Part shown: positions 12,540 to 25,056 of the stretch, in pieces
Layout: every line of letters starts with the position of its first letter
Position numbering within the stretch: position 1 is the first letter of the stretch
Source: Octopus bimaculoides
Lineage: Eukaryota
DNA length: 64,000 nucleotides
Reading direction: 5' to 3'
Assembly: GCF_001194135.2 (NCBI RefSeq)
Contig: NC_068996.1
Location: 43,980,406 to 44,044,405, forward strand
The notes under the pieces: generated by a model
Databases searched by the model: none
Seen by the model: only the letters and a program-made list of their open reading frames with translations
What the model was told of the DNA's origin: nothing
Position numbers and translations under genes: made by a program

Positions 12540-12979
12540 GGTTAGATGGTTTGACTGGAACTAACAAGTCAGAGAGCAGCACCAAGTTCCAGTTCAGTTT
12601 GGCAATAAAGACCGTTCCAAACCAGATTGGAACTTGGCAAAGTTCTCTGGTTTGCCAGTTCCAGTCAAACCGTCTCACCCATGCCAGCATGAAAAGCAGA
12701 CTCTAAATGAGGATGATGACAATTTATTTTTCAATTTTTTTCTGACAATTTACTTTCATTGCATGTTAATCATTATTGTTTACAGCTGTGAATTTTGCAA
12801 TACGTTACCAAAGTCGACCATATTGCATGACAAGAACAGATTCTGCTGCCAACTTTCTCTAACTCTCTTTTGTTCATAATTAAATGATGAAACCTCACAT
12901 AATCAATTAATACAGTAACATTAATGGTCGCTTAGAGTTGAAAGAACACCACTGTATTCAAAACTGCCTTATATTTGAA

Positions 12980-13272
12980 CATGAAGGCACGTGGCTTAGT
13001 GGTTAGGGCATTCAACTTATGATTGTAAGGTCATGAGTTCAATTCCCAGTGACACATTGTGTCCTTGAGCAAGACACTTCATTTCACGTTGCCCCAGTCC
13101 ACTCAGCTGGCAAAAATGAGTAGTACCTGTATTTCAAAGGGCCAGCTTTGTCGCACTCTGTATAACGCTGAATCTCCCTGGGAACTATGTTAAAGATGCA
13201 TGTGTCTGCTGAGGGCTGTTCTGTTGATCGTATCAGCTGGGACCCTCATCATCATAACCGACAAAGTGCTCG
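12980..13272 (+). mobile_element. tRNA/CORE-type SINE, family E
   Basis: A box TGGCTTAGTGG, B box GAGTTCAATTCC, CCTTGAGCAAGACACTT; 11-bp TSD TTATATTTGAA (12969-12979, 13273-13283). Confidence 0.85.
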
Positions 13273-13294
13273 TTATATTTGAATATATTCATCA

Positions 13295-13600
13295 TCAACA
13301 TCATCATCGTCGTCGTTTAACGTCCGCTTTCCATGCTAGCATGGGTTGGACGATTTGACTGAGGACTGGTGAAACCAGATGGCTACACCAGACTCCAATC
13401 TGATTTGGCAGATTTTCTACAGTTGGATGCCCTTCCTAACGCCAACCACTCTCTGAGAGTGTAGAGGGTGCTTTTACGTGTCACCGGCACAAAGGCCAGT
13501 CAGGAGGTACTGCTGACAACAGCCACACTCAAAATGGTGTATTTTATGTGCTACCCGCACAAGAGCCAGTCCAGGGGCACTGGCAACGATCTCGCTCGAA
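13295..13600 (-). mobile_element. SINE-like repeat, family C with (GAT)n tail
   Basis: CATCATCATCGTCGTCGTTTAACGTCCGCTTTCCATGCTAGCATGGGTTGGACG...GGATGCCCTTCCTAACGCCAACC; many copies in the window (also 6597-6755, 9880-10145, 16725-16900). Confidence 0.85.
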
Positions 13601-13879
13601 AGTTCTTCTCGCTTGAAAAATCTACAATTAATGTCTAGGCTTTGAATACCATTGAATTTTTAATCTTTTCAAATATTTTTCAGAAATAAGCACATGAAAA
13701 TTAATATAATGAGAAGATTGATTTTATGAGTTTATAGCAAAATTCTTAATTAAATTATCGATTAAAAAAGATTAAATGACTTTATTTGATTTTAATATTG
13801 TGAAAAGAATGCTTCGGTTATTATTTCTCTTAATTCATCAATTAATTGCTGCTGGATACAATTTAAACTTATGACTGTC

Positions 13880-14420
13880 TTGCCTCTCTCATCCTTCTCT
13901 CTCTCTCTCTCTCTCACACACTCTCTCTTTTCTCTCTTCCTTTCCCTCTTTCCTCTCTCTATCTCTCTCTTTCTCTCTTCCCTTCTCACTTTCCTCTCTC
14001 TCTCTTCCTTTCCCTCTTTCCCCTCTCTCTCTCTTTTCTCTCCTCCCTTCCCACTTTCCTCTATCATCTTTCTCCCTTCCCTTCTCACTTTCCTCTCTCT
14101 CTCCCCCTCCGTTTCCCTCTTTCCTCTCTCTCTCTCTTTCTCTCATCCCACTTTCCTCTCTCTTTTTCTCTATCTCTCTCTCTTTCTCTTTCTCTCTCTT
14201 CCTTTCCCTCTTTCCTCTCTCTCTATTTTCTATCTTCCCTTCCCACCTTCCTCTATCATCTCTCTCTGCCTCATCTCACTCTCACATCTCTCTCATCCCG
14301 TTCTCTCTTTCCTCTCCCTCTCTTTTTCTCTGTTCCCTTCCCATTTTCCCTCTCTCTCTCTCTCTCTTTCCCTCTCTCTCTCTCTCTCTCTCCCTCTCTC
14401 TCTCTCTCACACACACACCA
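13880..14420. repeat. CT-rich low-complexity / microsatellite tract
   Basis: Almost exclusively C/T on the plus strand; source of the LSLSL ORFs. Confidence 0.95.
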
Positions 14421-15233
14421 CACACACTTATATCTGTATCTGTTATCATTTACTTTCAGTCTGAAAAAAATAACAAATACAATTGAGTAACCACACCCCC
14501 TCCCAGCTGCGAGATCTCTGTCTTGCAAGTTATTTGGTGTTCCCTAATGGCATTGGTAAAAGCCCCCAGTACACTCTGTAAAGNNNNNNNNNNNNNNNNN
14601 NNNNNNNNNNNNNNNNNNNNNNNNNNNNNNNNNNNNNNNNNNNNNNNNNNNNNNNNNNNNNNNNNNNNNNNNNNNNNNNNNNNNNNNNNNNNNNNNNNNN
14701 NNNNNNNNNNNNNNNNNNNNNNNNNNNNNNNNNNNNNNNNNNNNNNNNNNNNNNNNNNNNNNNNNNNNNNNNNNNNNNNNNNNNNNNNNNNNNNNNNNNN
14801 NNNNNNNNNNNNNNNNNNNNNNNNNNNNNNNNNNNNNNNNNNNNNNNNNNNNNNNNNNNNNNNNNNNNNNNNNNNNNNNNNNNNNNNNNNNNNNNNNNNN
14901 NNNNNNNNNNNNNNNNNNNNNNNNNNNNNNNNNNNNNNNNNNNNNNNNNNNNNNNNNNNNNNNNNNNNNNNNNNNNNNNNNNNNNNNNNNNNNNNNNNNN
15001 NNNNNNNNNNNNNNNNNNNNNNNNNNNNNNNNNNNNNNNNNNNNNNNNNNNNNNNNNNNNNNNNNNNNNNNNNNNNNNNNNNNNNNNNNNNNNNNNNNNN
15101 NNNNNNNNNNNNNNNNNNNNNNNNNNNNNNNNNNNNNNNNNNNNNNNNNNNNNNNNNNNNNNNNNNNNNNNNNNNNNNNNNNNNNNNNNNNNNNNNNNNN
15201 NNNNNNNNNNNNNNNNNNNNNNNNNNNNNNNNN

Positions 15234-15274
<41 letters not shown>

Positions 15275-16494
15275 CATATATACGACGCTTCTTTCAGTTT
15301 CCGTCTACCAAATCCACTCACAAGGCTTTGGTCATCCCAAGGCTATAGTAGAAGACACTTGCCCAAGGTGCTACACAGTGGGACTGAACCCAGAACCATG
15401 TGGTTGGTAAGCAAGCGACTTACCACACAGCCACTCCTGCGCCTTATTTGTGATTTTGCCAACCAAAATGTTCATATTTTTGCTCTCATTATAAGATAGG
15501 CTGAGGGTGGTAAGCTGGCAGAATCGTTAGCATGTCGGATGAAATGCTTAGTGATAGTTTGCATGTTGCTACATTCTGAGTTCAAATTCTGCTAAGGTCG
15601 ACTTTGACTTTCATTTTTTTGAAGTCGATAAATTAAAAACCAGTGTAACACTGGGGTCGATGTAATTGACTAGTCCCCTCCGCAACAATTTCAGGCCGTG
15701 TACCTGTACTAGAAAGGATTATAAAGTAGGCTGATGGAAAAAAAAATGAAGGCATGTGGTCAAGTGGTTAGGACGTTGCACTCATTGTTACAAGATCATG
15801 GTTTCAATTCTTAGACTGAGCATTTCATTGTTTTTGAGCAAAACACTTCATTTTATGTTCTTCCAGTCCACTCAGCAATAAATGAATAACCATGTGGTGA
15901 ATTAGCATTCTATTCAGGTAAGGAATATTGAGATTTTGGTTACTTATTTGCCATAGAAACTTGGTTACTGGCTTGAGGAGTCCTAGAACTCAAGACAGTA
16001 ATCCAAGAGTTGACGATGAAAACTTTAGCGCTGAGTCTTCTTTTTTTTTTTTGGTTCTTGTTCTGCCATTCTGTCTTGGATTGTATTCTGATTATGCGCA
16101 TGTTACCGTTCTAAGTTGAAAAGGTCTTCATTACCGAGAGCAACAGATTACAATCTGAGCAATTCTCTGATAAAACCGTCATCTATTCTATACATTTCCA
16201 ACGGTTTTGTTCTTCTTTAGTCAAGAGACAAACCAATACCAATAACCTGTCACAGGGTTTCCAAGACTGTGTCTTCCATAGCACTGGGCCAATCAAAACC
16301 TTGTAAGTGCATTTGGTACAAGGAAACTAAAAGAAGCCCATTGTATATATATATGCAAAACTGAGTAATACCAACTGGTTGATAACTGATGGAGAAATGG
16401 GGTCCTTCTGTGTTTGTCTTCCTTCTGGTTGTATGCTCAGTAGACGTTATGTCATTTGTTTATTTACCATACATTTTTTCATCAATTATATATT

Positions 16495-16542
<48 letters not shown>

Positions 16543-16684
16543 AGTGAGTGGACAAATGAAAGAAAAGGGCACTCAACACAACAGGAGTTACATGCATTAT
16601 TTCAAACAGTTTGATTTGGTTCCCCTGCTACTTCAAGTTTCGCAGGCCCTTAACAAATAAAATGGAACCAAATGAAACTGTTTT

Positions 16685-16719
<35 letters not shown>

Positions 16720-17444
16720 TATGTAAAAGCACCTACTACACTCTCAGAGTGGTTGGCGTTAGGAAGGGCATCCAGCTGTAGAAACTCTGCCAAATCAGAT
16801 TGGAGCCTGGTGTAGCCACCTGGTTCGCCAGTCCTCAGTCAAATCGTCCAACCCATGCTAGCATGGAAAGCAGACGTTAAACAATGATGATGATGATGAT
16901 GCTCGTGCTAGTGCTATGTAAAAAGCACCCCGTACACTCTGTAGAGAGATTGGAATCAGGAATGGCATCCTGTTGTAGAAACCAAGCCAAAACAGACTAT
17001 GGAACCTGATGTGGCCTTTGACCTTGTCAGTTCCTGTCAAGCTGTCCAACCCATGCCAGCAAGGAAAACAGATGTTAAACATTGATGATGGTGATACGTG
17101 TGTGTGTGTGTGTGTATGCGTGTGTGTGTTTGTCCTTGTCCTCCCACTATTTGACAACCAGTGCTGTTTTGTTTATGTCCCTCATAACTTAACTGTTCAG
17201 CAAACTTACAAAATAAGTATCGGGATCGATTTGTTCAACTGAACTCCAGCATGATTGCAGTCAAATGACAGGCAAGTAAATGGTAAAAGATATACATGGC
17301 GGTGACGGCGGCGGCGCTGGTGGTGGTGGTGGTGGTGGTGGTGATGGAAACTATATGTGTTGGTTCATGTGCATGCATGTGTATATTTGCATGTATATAC
17401 TATATACGTGTGTGCATGTCTGTATAGGTGTTTCAGTACACGAA

Positions 17445-17635
17445 AGAGGGAGAAGAGAGACAGGGAGGGGAGAGAGACAGAGACAGACAGACAGACAGAT
17501 AGAAAAAAAGAGAGAAAGAGAGCAAAAAGAGAGGGAGACAGAGAGACGGAGAAAGAGAGAGGCAGAAAAAGAGAGACAGACAGACAGATAGATAGAGAAA
17601 GAGGAAGAGAGAAAAAGAGAGTGAGATAGAGAGAG

Positions 17636-17700
<65 letters not shown>

Positions 17701-18424
17701 CAGAAAAAGAGAGACAGACAGCCAGACAGATAGAGAAAGAGAAAGAGAGTGAGACAGAGAAAGAGAGAGAGATAGAGACAGAGAGAGGCAGAAAAGAAAG
17801 AGAGAAAGAGAAAGAAAAAGACAGACAGAGCGAGAGAGAGGCAGGCAGGCAGGCAGACAGGCAGCCAACCTAGAAATCTAACAACCATCCAATATTAAGA
17901 TTTGATATGACAGGGAATCAAATACAGAGATTTAAAAATAGAAGTGAATGAATGTGTTTGGAGGACACTTTGCGTAGATCTGTTGTTGCCGTCGTCATCG
18001 TTGTTGTCTCTGATCAAGAAGACCTATAATCAAAAGCATTCCAGCCGTGACCATCCCGTCTTTTACCTAGTGTAAGGAACTCTGGTTCACATTTTTTTCA
18101 ACGCAGCTCCACTTCTGATGAGAGGATATTGGCTGCTATTTCTAGCAGGTTGATCAATCACGTAGTGGCTTTCCTTACAATATGATTTTTTTTTCTCTGT
18201 TAGTCTTTTAGTCTTGTAGCAGCGTGCCTGTTATGGTCATGCTGGAGCAGTCTTTTATTTATTTATTTATTTATTGATGAAAGAGAACGAGTAGGCACCA
18301 AAAATGGTCGGAAATATAGGAGAGAAAATCTAATAAATGAAATAAATAAATAAATAAATAGAAGAGTGAAATGAGAAATTTAAAGAAAGGAAAGTGTGTG
18401 AAAGAAAGAGAGGAGAAAAGAATT

Positions 18425-18455
<31 letters not shown>

Positions 18456-18790
18456 ATAAACGGAAGAAAAAAAAAGAGAAATTAAAGCGGTAAGAGATGA
18501 GAAGATAAAAAGAAAGGGGCGAAGGTGGAAAAGAAGATGAGCGGTATTGAGGTGGTGGTGGGGAATACAAATAAAGCGGGGGGAAAACAACAGGGGAGGA
18601 GACAGATTAAGGAGGAAAAGAAGGAGGAGGGGAAGAGAGAGAGAGAGAGAAAGAGGAAGAGGATGCGAAACAAAATGCAGACGACATAGGAGAAAAGATA
18701 GAAGGGGAAAGATAGAAAAGGAAGAAAGAGTAAGAAATAAAATGAAATGCTAAAAATAAAATAAGAAAATACCTAAAGAGAAAAAAATTA
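17445..18790. repeat. GA-rich polypurine tracts upstream of the 7B2 promoter
   Basis: (GA)n, (GACA)n and GAA-rich runs at 17445-17870 and 18350-18790. Confidence 0.9.
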
Positions 18791-18840
18791 ACAACAACAA
18801 CAACAAAAAATCGATGATTATTTCCTAAGTTTTGCTAGCG

Positions 18841-18886
18841 TGACGTCAGTCGTATAAATTATAATAAAATATGATAATTCACTTCG
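18841..18886 (+). promoter_or_regulatory. SCG5: Predicted 7B2 core promoter: CRE + TATA + Inr
   Basis: Palindromic TGACGTCA at 18841-18848; TATAAA at 18853-18858; initiator-like TCACTT with A at 18881, 28 nt after the first T of the TATA box. Confidence 0.6.
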
Positions 18887-19015
18887 TGTATTTATCGAAC
18901 TGACAACAGGTCTTATAGTTCCTGTTAAGACGAACATCGTCATTCACCAGCAGAACTCAGCATCATTTATATTGAGGTCATTTAATAACAATTCCAGCCA
19001 AACTGCCAGATACAG
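18881..19015 (+). other. SCG5: Predicted non-coding exon 1 (5' UTR) of 7B2
   Basis: Unique sequence from the Inr to a strong donor CAG|GTGAGA (19015/19016). It contains no ATG, so the 7B2 start at 31937 would be the first AUG after splicing to the acceptor at 31925. Confidence 0.55.
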
Positions 19016-19556
19016 GTGAGAAATTTATCTACAAGAAAAATATACTTATATATTTTTTTTTTACGTTTTTTTTTCTCTTTCATTCGGTGAAATGCTTATA
19101 TAATATCATTTGTTATTTGTTATTCGCAATATTATGGAGGATTGTTGATGTTGATTCTGGAGTTTGTGTGTGTGTGTGTTTCTTTTCTTTAATNNNNNNN
19201 NNNTATATATATGAAAGTGAGTAAAAAATAATACCAATGAAAATTGCATTACTTTCCGGACTACCCTCGTATATAAATGAATACACAAACGTAGTCAATA
19301 CTGTCCTACACTACACACACACACACACACACAACATATACATATCACACGTATTCACATACATAAATATTGATACACACACATACGAATACATACATAC
19401 ACACACACATCTATGTTTATGTACGTATATGTCAAAACGAAAGTGAAAGTACGAGGAAGTAAAGAAAATATAAGCGCTGAGTGGTGGGAGGAGGAATAAC
19501 TATACGGTTTCGAATACAAATCAAAATATGTTTTTCGGACCCAAATATGGTTTTCG

Positions 19557-19613
<57 letters not shown>

Positions 19614-19855
19614 GCTTGTTTGTGTCCACCCCTCTTTCTCGTCTCTCTCAGTTCCTCCTATCTTTTTCATTTTGATGTCATTCACTATTTGATGTCTTCT
19701 GCCTCTCACCACTTATATCAGCTTGTATATGCTTGTATATTCATGTAGTCGCGCATGTACGTATGGCACTTACGCAACACACGTGTACGCCTATGTAACA
19801 GACATGCACAGTAAATAACATACGGCCGGGCAAACATGTTATATATGTATATATA

Positions 19856-19896
<41 letters not shown>

Positions 19897-19907
19897 AGAG
19901 TATATGA

Positions 19908-20022
19908 CATTCCTTCGATATTGGTCAACAGAGTGTCGGTGAGAGAAGACGATGTTATTCACCCTCTTTATGTATGTCATGATGTAAGGTTGTGTGGGTG
20001 AATGTACCAATATCGAAGGATT
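19908..20022. mobile_element. Short MITE with TCCTTCGATATTGGT TIRs (copy 1)
   Basis: TCCTTCGATATTGGT...ACCAATATCGAAGGA; an inverted homologue lies at 21686-21826. Confidence 0.65.
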
Positions 20023-20038
20023 GCAAGATCTGTGTGTT

Positions 20039-20076
<38 letters not shown>

Positions 20077-20756
20077 TATGTGTGAATGTATTGGGAAAAA
20101 AAGTGAGAATGTGATAAAATTAGAATTATGAGATTTCATGAAAGCAAAAACAGAATATTTTTGTTACTTTCTCTATTTGTCTTTTCTCTTCTTGCCTTTT
20201 CCTTTCGCTGTTTCGCTTTTCGTCATTTTTCTTGTATTCTTATAAATTGAATAATCAACAAATATGTCGAGAGAAAAAAATATAGAATTAAATCTGATCA
20301 ATATGGCGGCTTGCCAGTCCTGTATGTTGAGCGAAAGGCGACCAACAGGAATGACATACCTGGGTTTTATTTCTTAACACTTTTGTAGGAATGATTTGGC
20401 ATCCTTAAAAACAAAACACATATTGACGGCTTCGGTAAAGAAGTCATTTATACATGTTTTTTTTCTTTTAATGTTGCCTATGTTTTAGCCACGTGATTGA
20501 GTACGAACATAACCGCCAAGGATTGCGATTTTGTTTGTTTTGTGGTTGAGAGGGTCAAAAATTGAAATAAATAGCAGGAACGTTATAAGGAACATAATAA
20601 GTTGACCATTAATGTATTTTATTTTCTCCTCTCATTGGAAACGGAATGGTTTTATGTATACAACATACTTGCATTTAAAGCACTTCCCGCCCTGTACATA
20701 AACACAAATACTCCTCCTACTTACATGAAAACAATGGCCCACACACGTCCTAAACG

Positions 20757-20986
20757 GTGACCGGTAAATAAAGTCACAATTTTGACTAGGAAAAAAATCA
20801 CAGGAAAAAAGTTACAATTAATTTATGGCGGCCGGTAATAAAGTCACAGTTAATTTATAGGATCCGGACAAACCCCACCTAGGACAAAACCCCCCGGGCA
20901 AAACCCTACTGGACAAAACCCCTGTGACTTATTTCCTGTGACTTTATTACCGTGGCTTTTTCCCTGTAACTTTTATACCTGGATTC
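20757..20986. mobile_element. Mutator-like non-autonomous element (tentative)
   Basis: Repeated AAAGTCACA units at the left mirrored by TGTGACTTT units at the right; central GGACAAAACCCC subrepeats. Superfamily assignment is from recalled pattern only. Confidence 0.4.
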
Positions 20987-21611
20987 GTCCTAAACATATG
21001 GTATCTTATGCTATTGGCATCCCTAAGTTGTTTAATTTCTAAATGATTCTGTTTTCCTTCTAACACAAATGTACAATCTTGTGTTGTCGCTGTCGCGATG
21101 GTATTAGCAAAGGCTGTCATCGCGATGATCCTGATTCAACAGTTTAATGACGGAACGTAATTAGTCAGCTGGACGACTAATTGCGACCTGCGGATCCATA
21201 GATTCGGAAATGTCATTCCTTCGTTTAGTATCATACATGCTGTAAATCTTGACATAACAGCAGTTAAATTAATTGCATGCTGTGTCCAACGCGTGGAAGT
21301 CAGACTCGTTAGCGTAGCAACGCACAGGGTTAGTGCCTCGTGGGCAAGAACACTCGGTGTCCTCAATTTAATTAACAGACATCACAAGAGCATATTTTGC
21401 GACTACAGGAGAATGACTCCCTATTTCGTTCTCGACCCCTTTTTAACCTTGTTTGAGAATGTTGTGGTGTATCCATTGTGAAATCAAAAATGTTCGTTGC
21501 CTAATATCAATAGATTCAAAACACATATCAATAAACGATATTATTTACTTGATGTTTTTGAGTAGAATCTTATTCAGACTGTGAAATTTGAAAAACATAC
21601 GTACATCGATC

Positions 21612-21660
<49 letters not shown>

Positions 21661-21685
21661 ACATCTATCTTTACATAACACAGGC

Positions 21686-21826
21686 AATCCTTCGATATTG
21701 GTACCTGACGTCATTCATCCATGCAATCTTCCCTCATGACGTAGCTAACGAGGCTAGGTTAGAAAAAAAGGGTGAATGACCGCGTCTTCTCATACCGACA
21801 CGCTGTAGACCAATATCGAAGGATCG
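21686..21826. mobile_element. Short MITE (copy 2) carrying a full CRE site
   Basis: ATCCTTCGATATTGGT...ACCAATATCGAAGGAT; contains TGACGTCA at 21706-21713. Confidence 0.65.
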
Positions 21827-21857
21827 CCCATAATACGTATATGTGTATAAACATGCT

Positions 21858-22192
21858 GAGAGCCCCTTCGGTCATGACTGACCATAGGATTGCACCTAGT
21901 GAGTTACCCTCCAAGGCACAAGTCCAGGCAATGATGTTTATGGAAAACCAGCAATCATCCATGCATACCAGTTTCCCCTCTCCACACCACCGATGTTATC
22001 CAAGGGAAAGGCAAAGGCTGATACAGCTTGGCACCAGTGACATCAGAACTCATTTCTACAGCTGAGTGAACTGGAGCAATGAGAAATAAAGTGTCTTGCT
22101 CAAGAATACAACACGCAGCCCGGGCCGGGAATTGAACCCACAACCTCACGATCGTAAGCTCGACGCTCTAACCACTAAGCCATGCGCCTTCA
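21858..22192 (-). mobile_element. tRNA/CORE-type SINE, family D, full length
   Basis: Minus strand: GAAGGCGCATGGCTTAGTGGTTAGAGCG...GGGTTCAATTCCCGG (A/B boxes), then TTCTTGAGCAAGACACTTT and an unrelated 3' tail. Confidence 0.85.
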
Positions 22193-22225
22193 CTATATAA
22201 ACATACATATATACATACGTACTTA

Positions 22226-22394
22226 CAGAGAGCCGGCTCAAGGTACCGGCAACTCAGGCAGTTGCCCGGGGCGCTATGTGCTATCTAGTCTTCATTTTCA
22301 TTTTTTCACCTTGTAAAAATTTTAAAAAATTTTACTTGTAAGGGCGCCGAAGTTCAGCTTGACCTGGGCGCCAGCAACCCTAGGTCCTGTCCTG
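22226..22394. mobile_element. GC-rich hAT-like MITE (tentative)
   Basis: Starts CAGAGAGCCGGCTC, contains GGGCGC subrepeats, ends GGTCCTGTCCTG; no clean TSD seen. Confidence 0.35.
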
Positions 22395-22752
22395 TACATA
22401 CATACATCATGGGCTTGACGAGAATGTCCACTGAAGAGGATATGGATCCACCATTATCTGCATAATTTGTGCAACCTTCACCCCGAAAAATTACATAATT
22501 AAAATAGATGTTAGATAAGAATTGTATTTGTATCGAGCCATGAAGCTATGAGTGGGCGTCCGAACCTGTCAATCACCCCTCCCTCCTTGTCACTCGGAAT
22601 TATACATGTATGTGGTGGGGCGATCAGCAAGGCGTTTATTTTAATGCAAGCATTACCGAAGTCTTACAGTCGTTAGAGACAACAGATAAATCAGTAAATT
22701 CTGCTTATCATTTAGAAAACTCCATTAAGCATTAGGTGACAAATACAAAAGT

Positions 22753-23160
22753 AGGAGTGGCTGTATGGTAAGTAGCTTGCTTACCAACCACATGGTTCCG
22801 GGTTCAGTCCCACTGCGTGGCACCTTGGGCAAGTGTCTTCTACTATAGCCTCGAGCCGACCAAAGCCTTGTGAGTGGATTTGGTAGACGGAAACTGAAAG
22901 AAGCCCATCGTATATATGTATATATGTGTGTGTGTGTATGTGTTTGTGTGTGTGTGTGTGTGTGTCTGTGTTTATCCCCCTAACATTGCTTGACAACCGA
23001 TGCTGGTGTGTTTACGTCCCCGTAATTTAGTGGTTCGGCAAAAGAGACCGATAGAATAACTACTAGGCTTCCAAAGAATAAGTCCTGGGGTCGATTTGCT
23101 CAACTAAAGGCGGTGCTCCAGCATGGCCACAGTCAAATGACTGAAATAAGTAAAAGAGTA
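22753..23160 (+). mobile_element. SINE, family B, full length
   Basis: Head AGGAGTGGCTGTATGGTAAGTAGC...GGGTTCAGTCCC, CCTTGGGCAAGTGTCTT, internal TA/TG microsatellite, tail GGTGCTCCAGCATGGCC.CAGTCAAATGACTGAAA.AAGTAAAAGAGTA. Confidence 0.9.
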
Positions 23161-23974
23161 GAATGATTTCAGATCGTGTCGAATGATTTAGAAAAGTAAA
23201 TTTCATAAATTGGAACAAATTCAACAGCTTCAAACTCCAAAGTGTTACTCAACAAAAAAAAAAGAAAAAGGTATATAAGCTTATAAAATTTCCAACACCG
23301 ACGAATCACCCCAAAGCTAGTACCATGTTAAGGAACGGGCACTCTCGGCAGTGGTCCGGGGCGGGCTGGGGGATGGAGTATTACAGATCTAGGGGCCCAA
23401 TACTGGTCTATGTTATGACGTGGCTTGCTGTCAGTAAGTAAATACTATAAGGCCCAGTGCGTTGATTCGACCGGGAACTCACAATGCTACTAAGACAGTC
23501 CAGCCGTGTCCAGCACATCGTGCTTCCATCCTTTTGTTGCATCATTTAATATTTTCATCAAATATGAGACGGTGCCTGTTCTTGCCATTATTTAGTTCAG
23601 GATCAGACCTAATTTAACAGACCTGTGATCAAAGAACTTTCCAACCGTGATCATCCCATATTATAGTTTCTTTATATCCACATTTTCCGAAAATATCAGA
23701 TTTTCTTTAAAAAAAAAAAACAAAAAAAAACAACAACCCAAAACGGAATATAATTTGATAGAATTTGCTTATATCTAGCAGATCAAGCGAAAGCGTAGAA
23801 GTTCCCTCAAAGTGTATGTAGAATGGGATATTCTGGAAGGTGCAAAGTGAACTTGGTTCGAACCCGAACGGAACAGCTGTTACACTTATTGATGCTATGC
23901 ATCCAATCACAGTCTTTGGATTGTAATATTCCTGATATTGTGTTGGTATATCTCAGGCATCATGGTTAGAGTAT

Positions 23975-24270
23975 AATAAGATAACAGAGTATCGCCGTTA
24001 GGAGTAGAGGTTTGGAATGTAAAGGAGGAGGAGGAAATAGAATGAATTAAAATTTAAATAAAACAAGATAAATTGAATTATGAGGAGGTTTAATTTTCGT
24101 GATAGATTTAAGGATTCAAGAGTTTTAAAAGTTCGTGGATGTAAGAGATTAAGTATATGTAAAATAAACCTCCTCATCTTCTTTTATTTTATTTCAGTTT
24201 ATTATTGTTCCACCCTCCTCCTTTACCTTCCTAATTTCTTCAACTAATGGCGTTACCCCGTTATCTTATT
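23975..24270. repeat. Diverged inverted repeat (~110-bp arms)
   Basis: AATAAGATAAC...GTAAAGGAGGAG...GAGGAGGTTTA pairs with TAAACCTCCTC...CTCCTCCTTTAC...GTTATCTTATT. Confidence 0.65.
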
Positions 24271-25025
24271 CTACAGAAATTGTGTGCTTGTGTTTGCTAA
24301 TGTTGGTTTGAATTGCGTAGGAGGGTTTAGTAGTCTTCTTTGGGATGTCCGTTTTCAGCCAGTCGAGCTGTAATATATCTCATACAGGAAAGCGACGAGC
24401 TGGCAGAAATGTTAGCACGCCGGGTGAAAATGCTTAGCGGTATTTCGTACCCGTCTTTACGTTCTGAATTCAAATTCTGCTGAGGTCGACTTTGCCTTTC
24501 ATCCTTTCGGAGTCAATAAATTAAGTACCAGTTGCGTACTGAGGTGGATATATCGACTGGCCCCCTCTCCCAGAATTCCGGGCCTTATGCCAAGAGTAGA
24601 AAAGAATAAATCACACACATGCTTCTTTATTAGTATTGTAGTTGTGTTCAGGAGTATTTTAAATGTGTTTTGCTGTTTTGTTAAAATACATACGTACATG
24701 TATGTATGTACGACGGGCTTTTTTTCAATTTCCGTCTACCAAATCCACTCGCAAGGCTTTGGTCGGCCCGAGGCTATAATAGAAGATTCTTGCTCAAAGT
24801 GTCACGCAGCTTACTACACAACCACGCCTTGTGTAATAATGTTTTTTTTTTTATTTTCATTTTCTTCCTAAACGTGTGTGTGTTCTAATTATGCTCGTGC
24901 ACCATTTTGCTTTCTTCACTTTAGCTTTTTACGAGTTGCAAATTTTTTTTGAGCTGTTTGTATATAATTCCTGGTATAGTTGCCTTCTCTGCGCGCGTGT
25001 ATATCTGTACGTATGTACGTACGTG

Positions 25026-25056
<31 letters not shown>

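Noticed and set aside
12786-12885. Possible plus-strand terminal exon (TTTACAG|CTGTG..., VNFAIRYQSRPYCMTRTDSAANFL*)
   Set aside because: No recognisable homology and no partner exons found; cannot be supported without transcript data.
22120-22192. tRNA-like sequences (also 12980-13050, 55745-55820)
   Set aside because: A/B boxes are present, but there is no complete cloverleaf acceptor stem and each continues into a SINE body; these are SINE heads, not tRNA genes.
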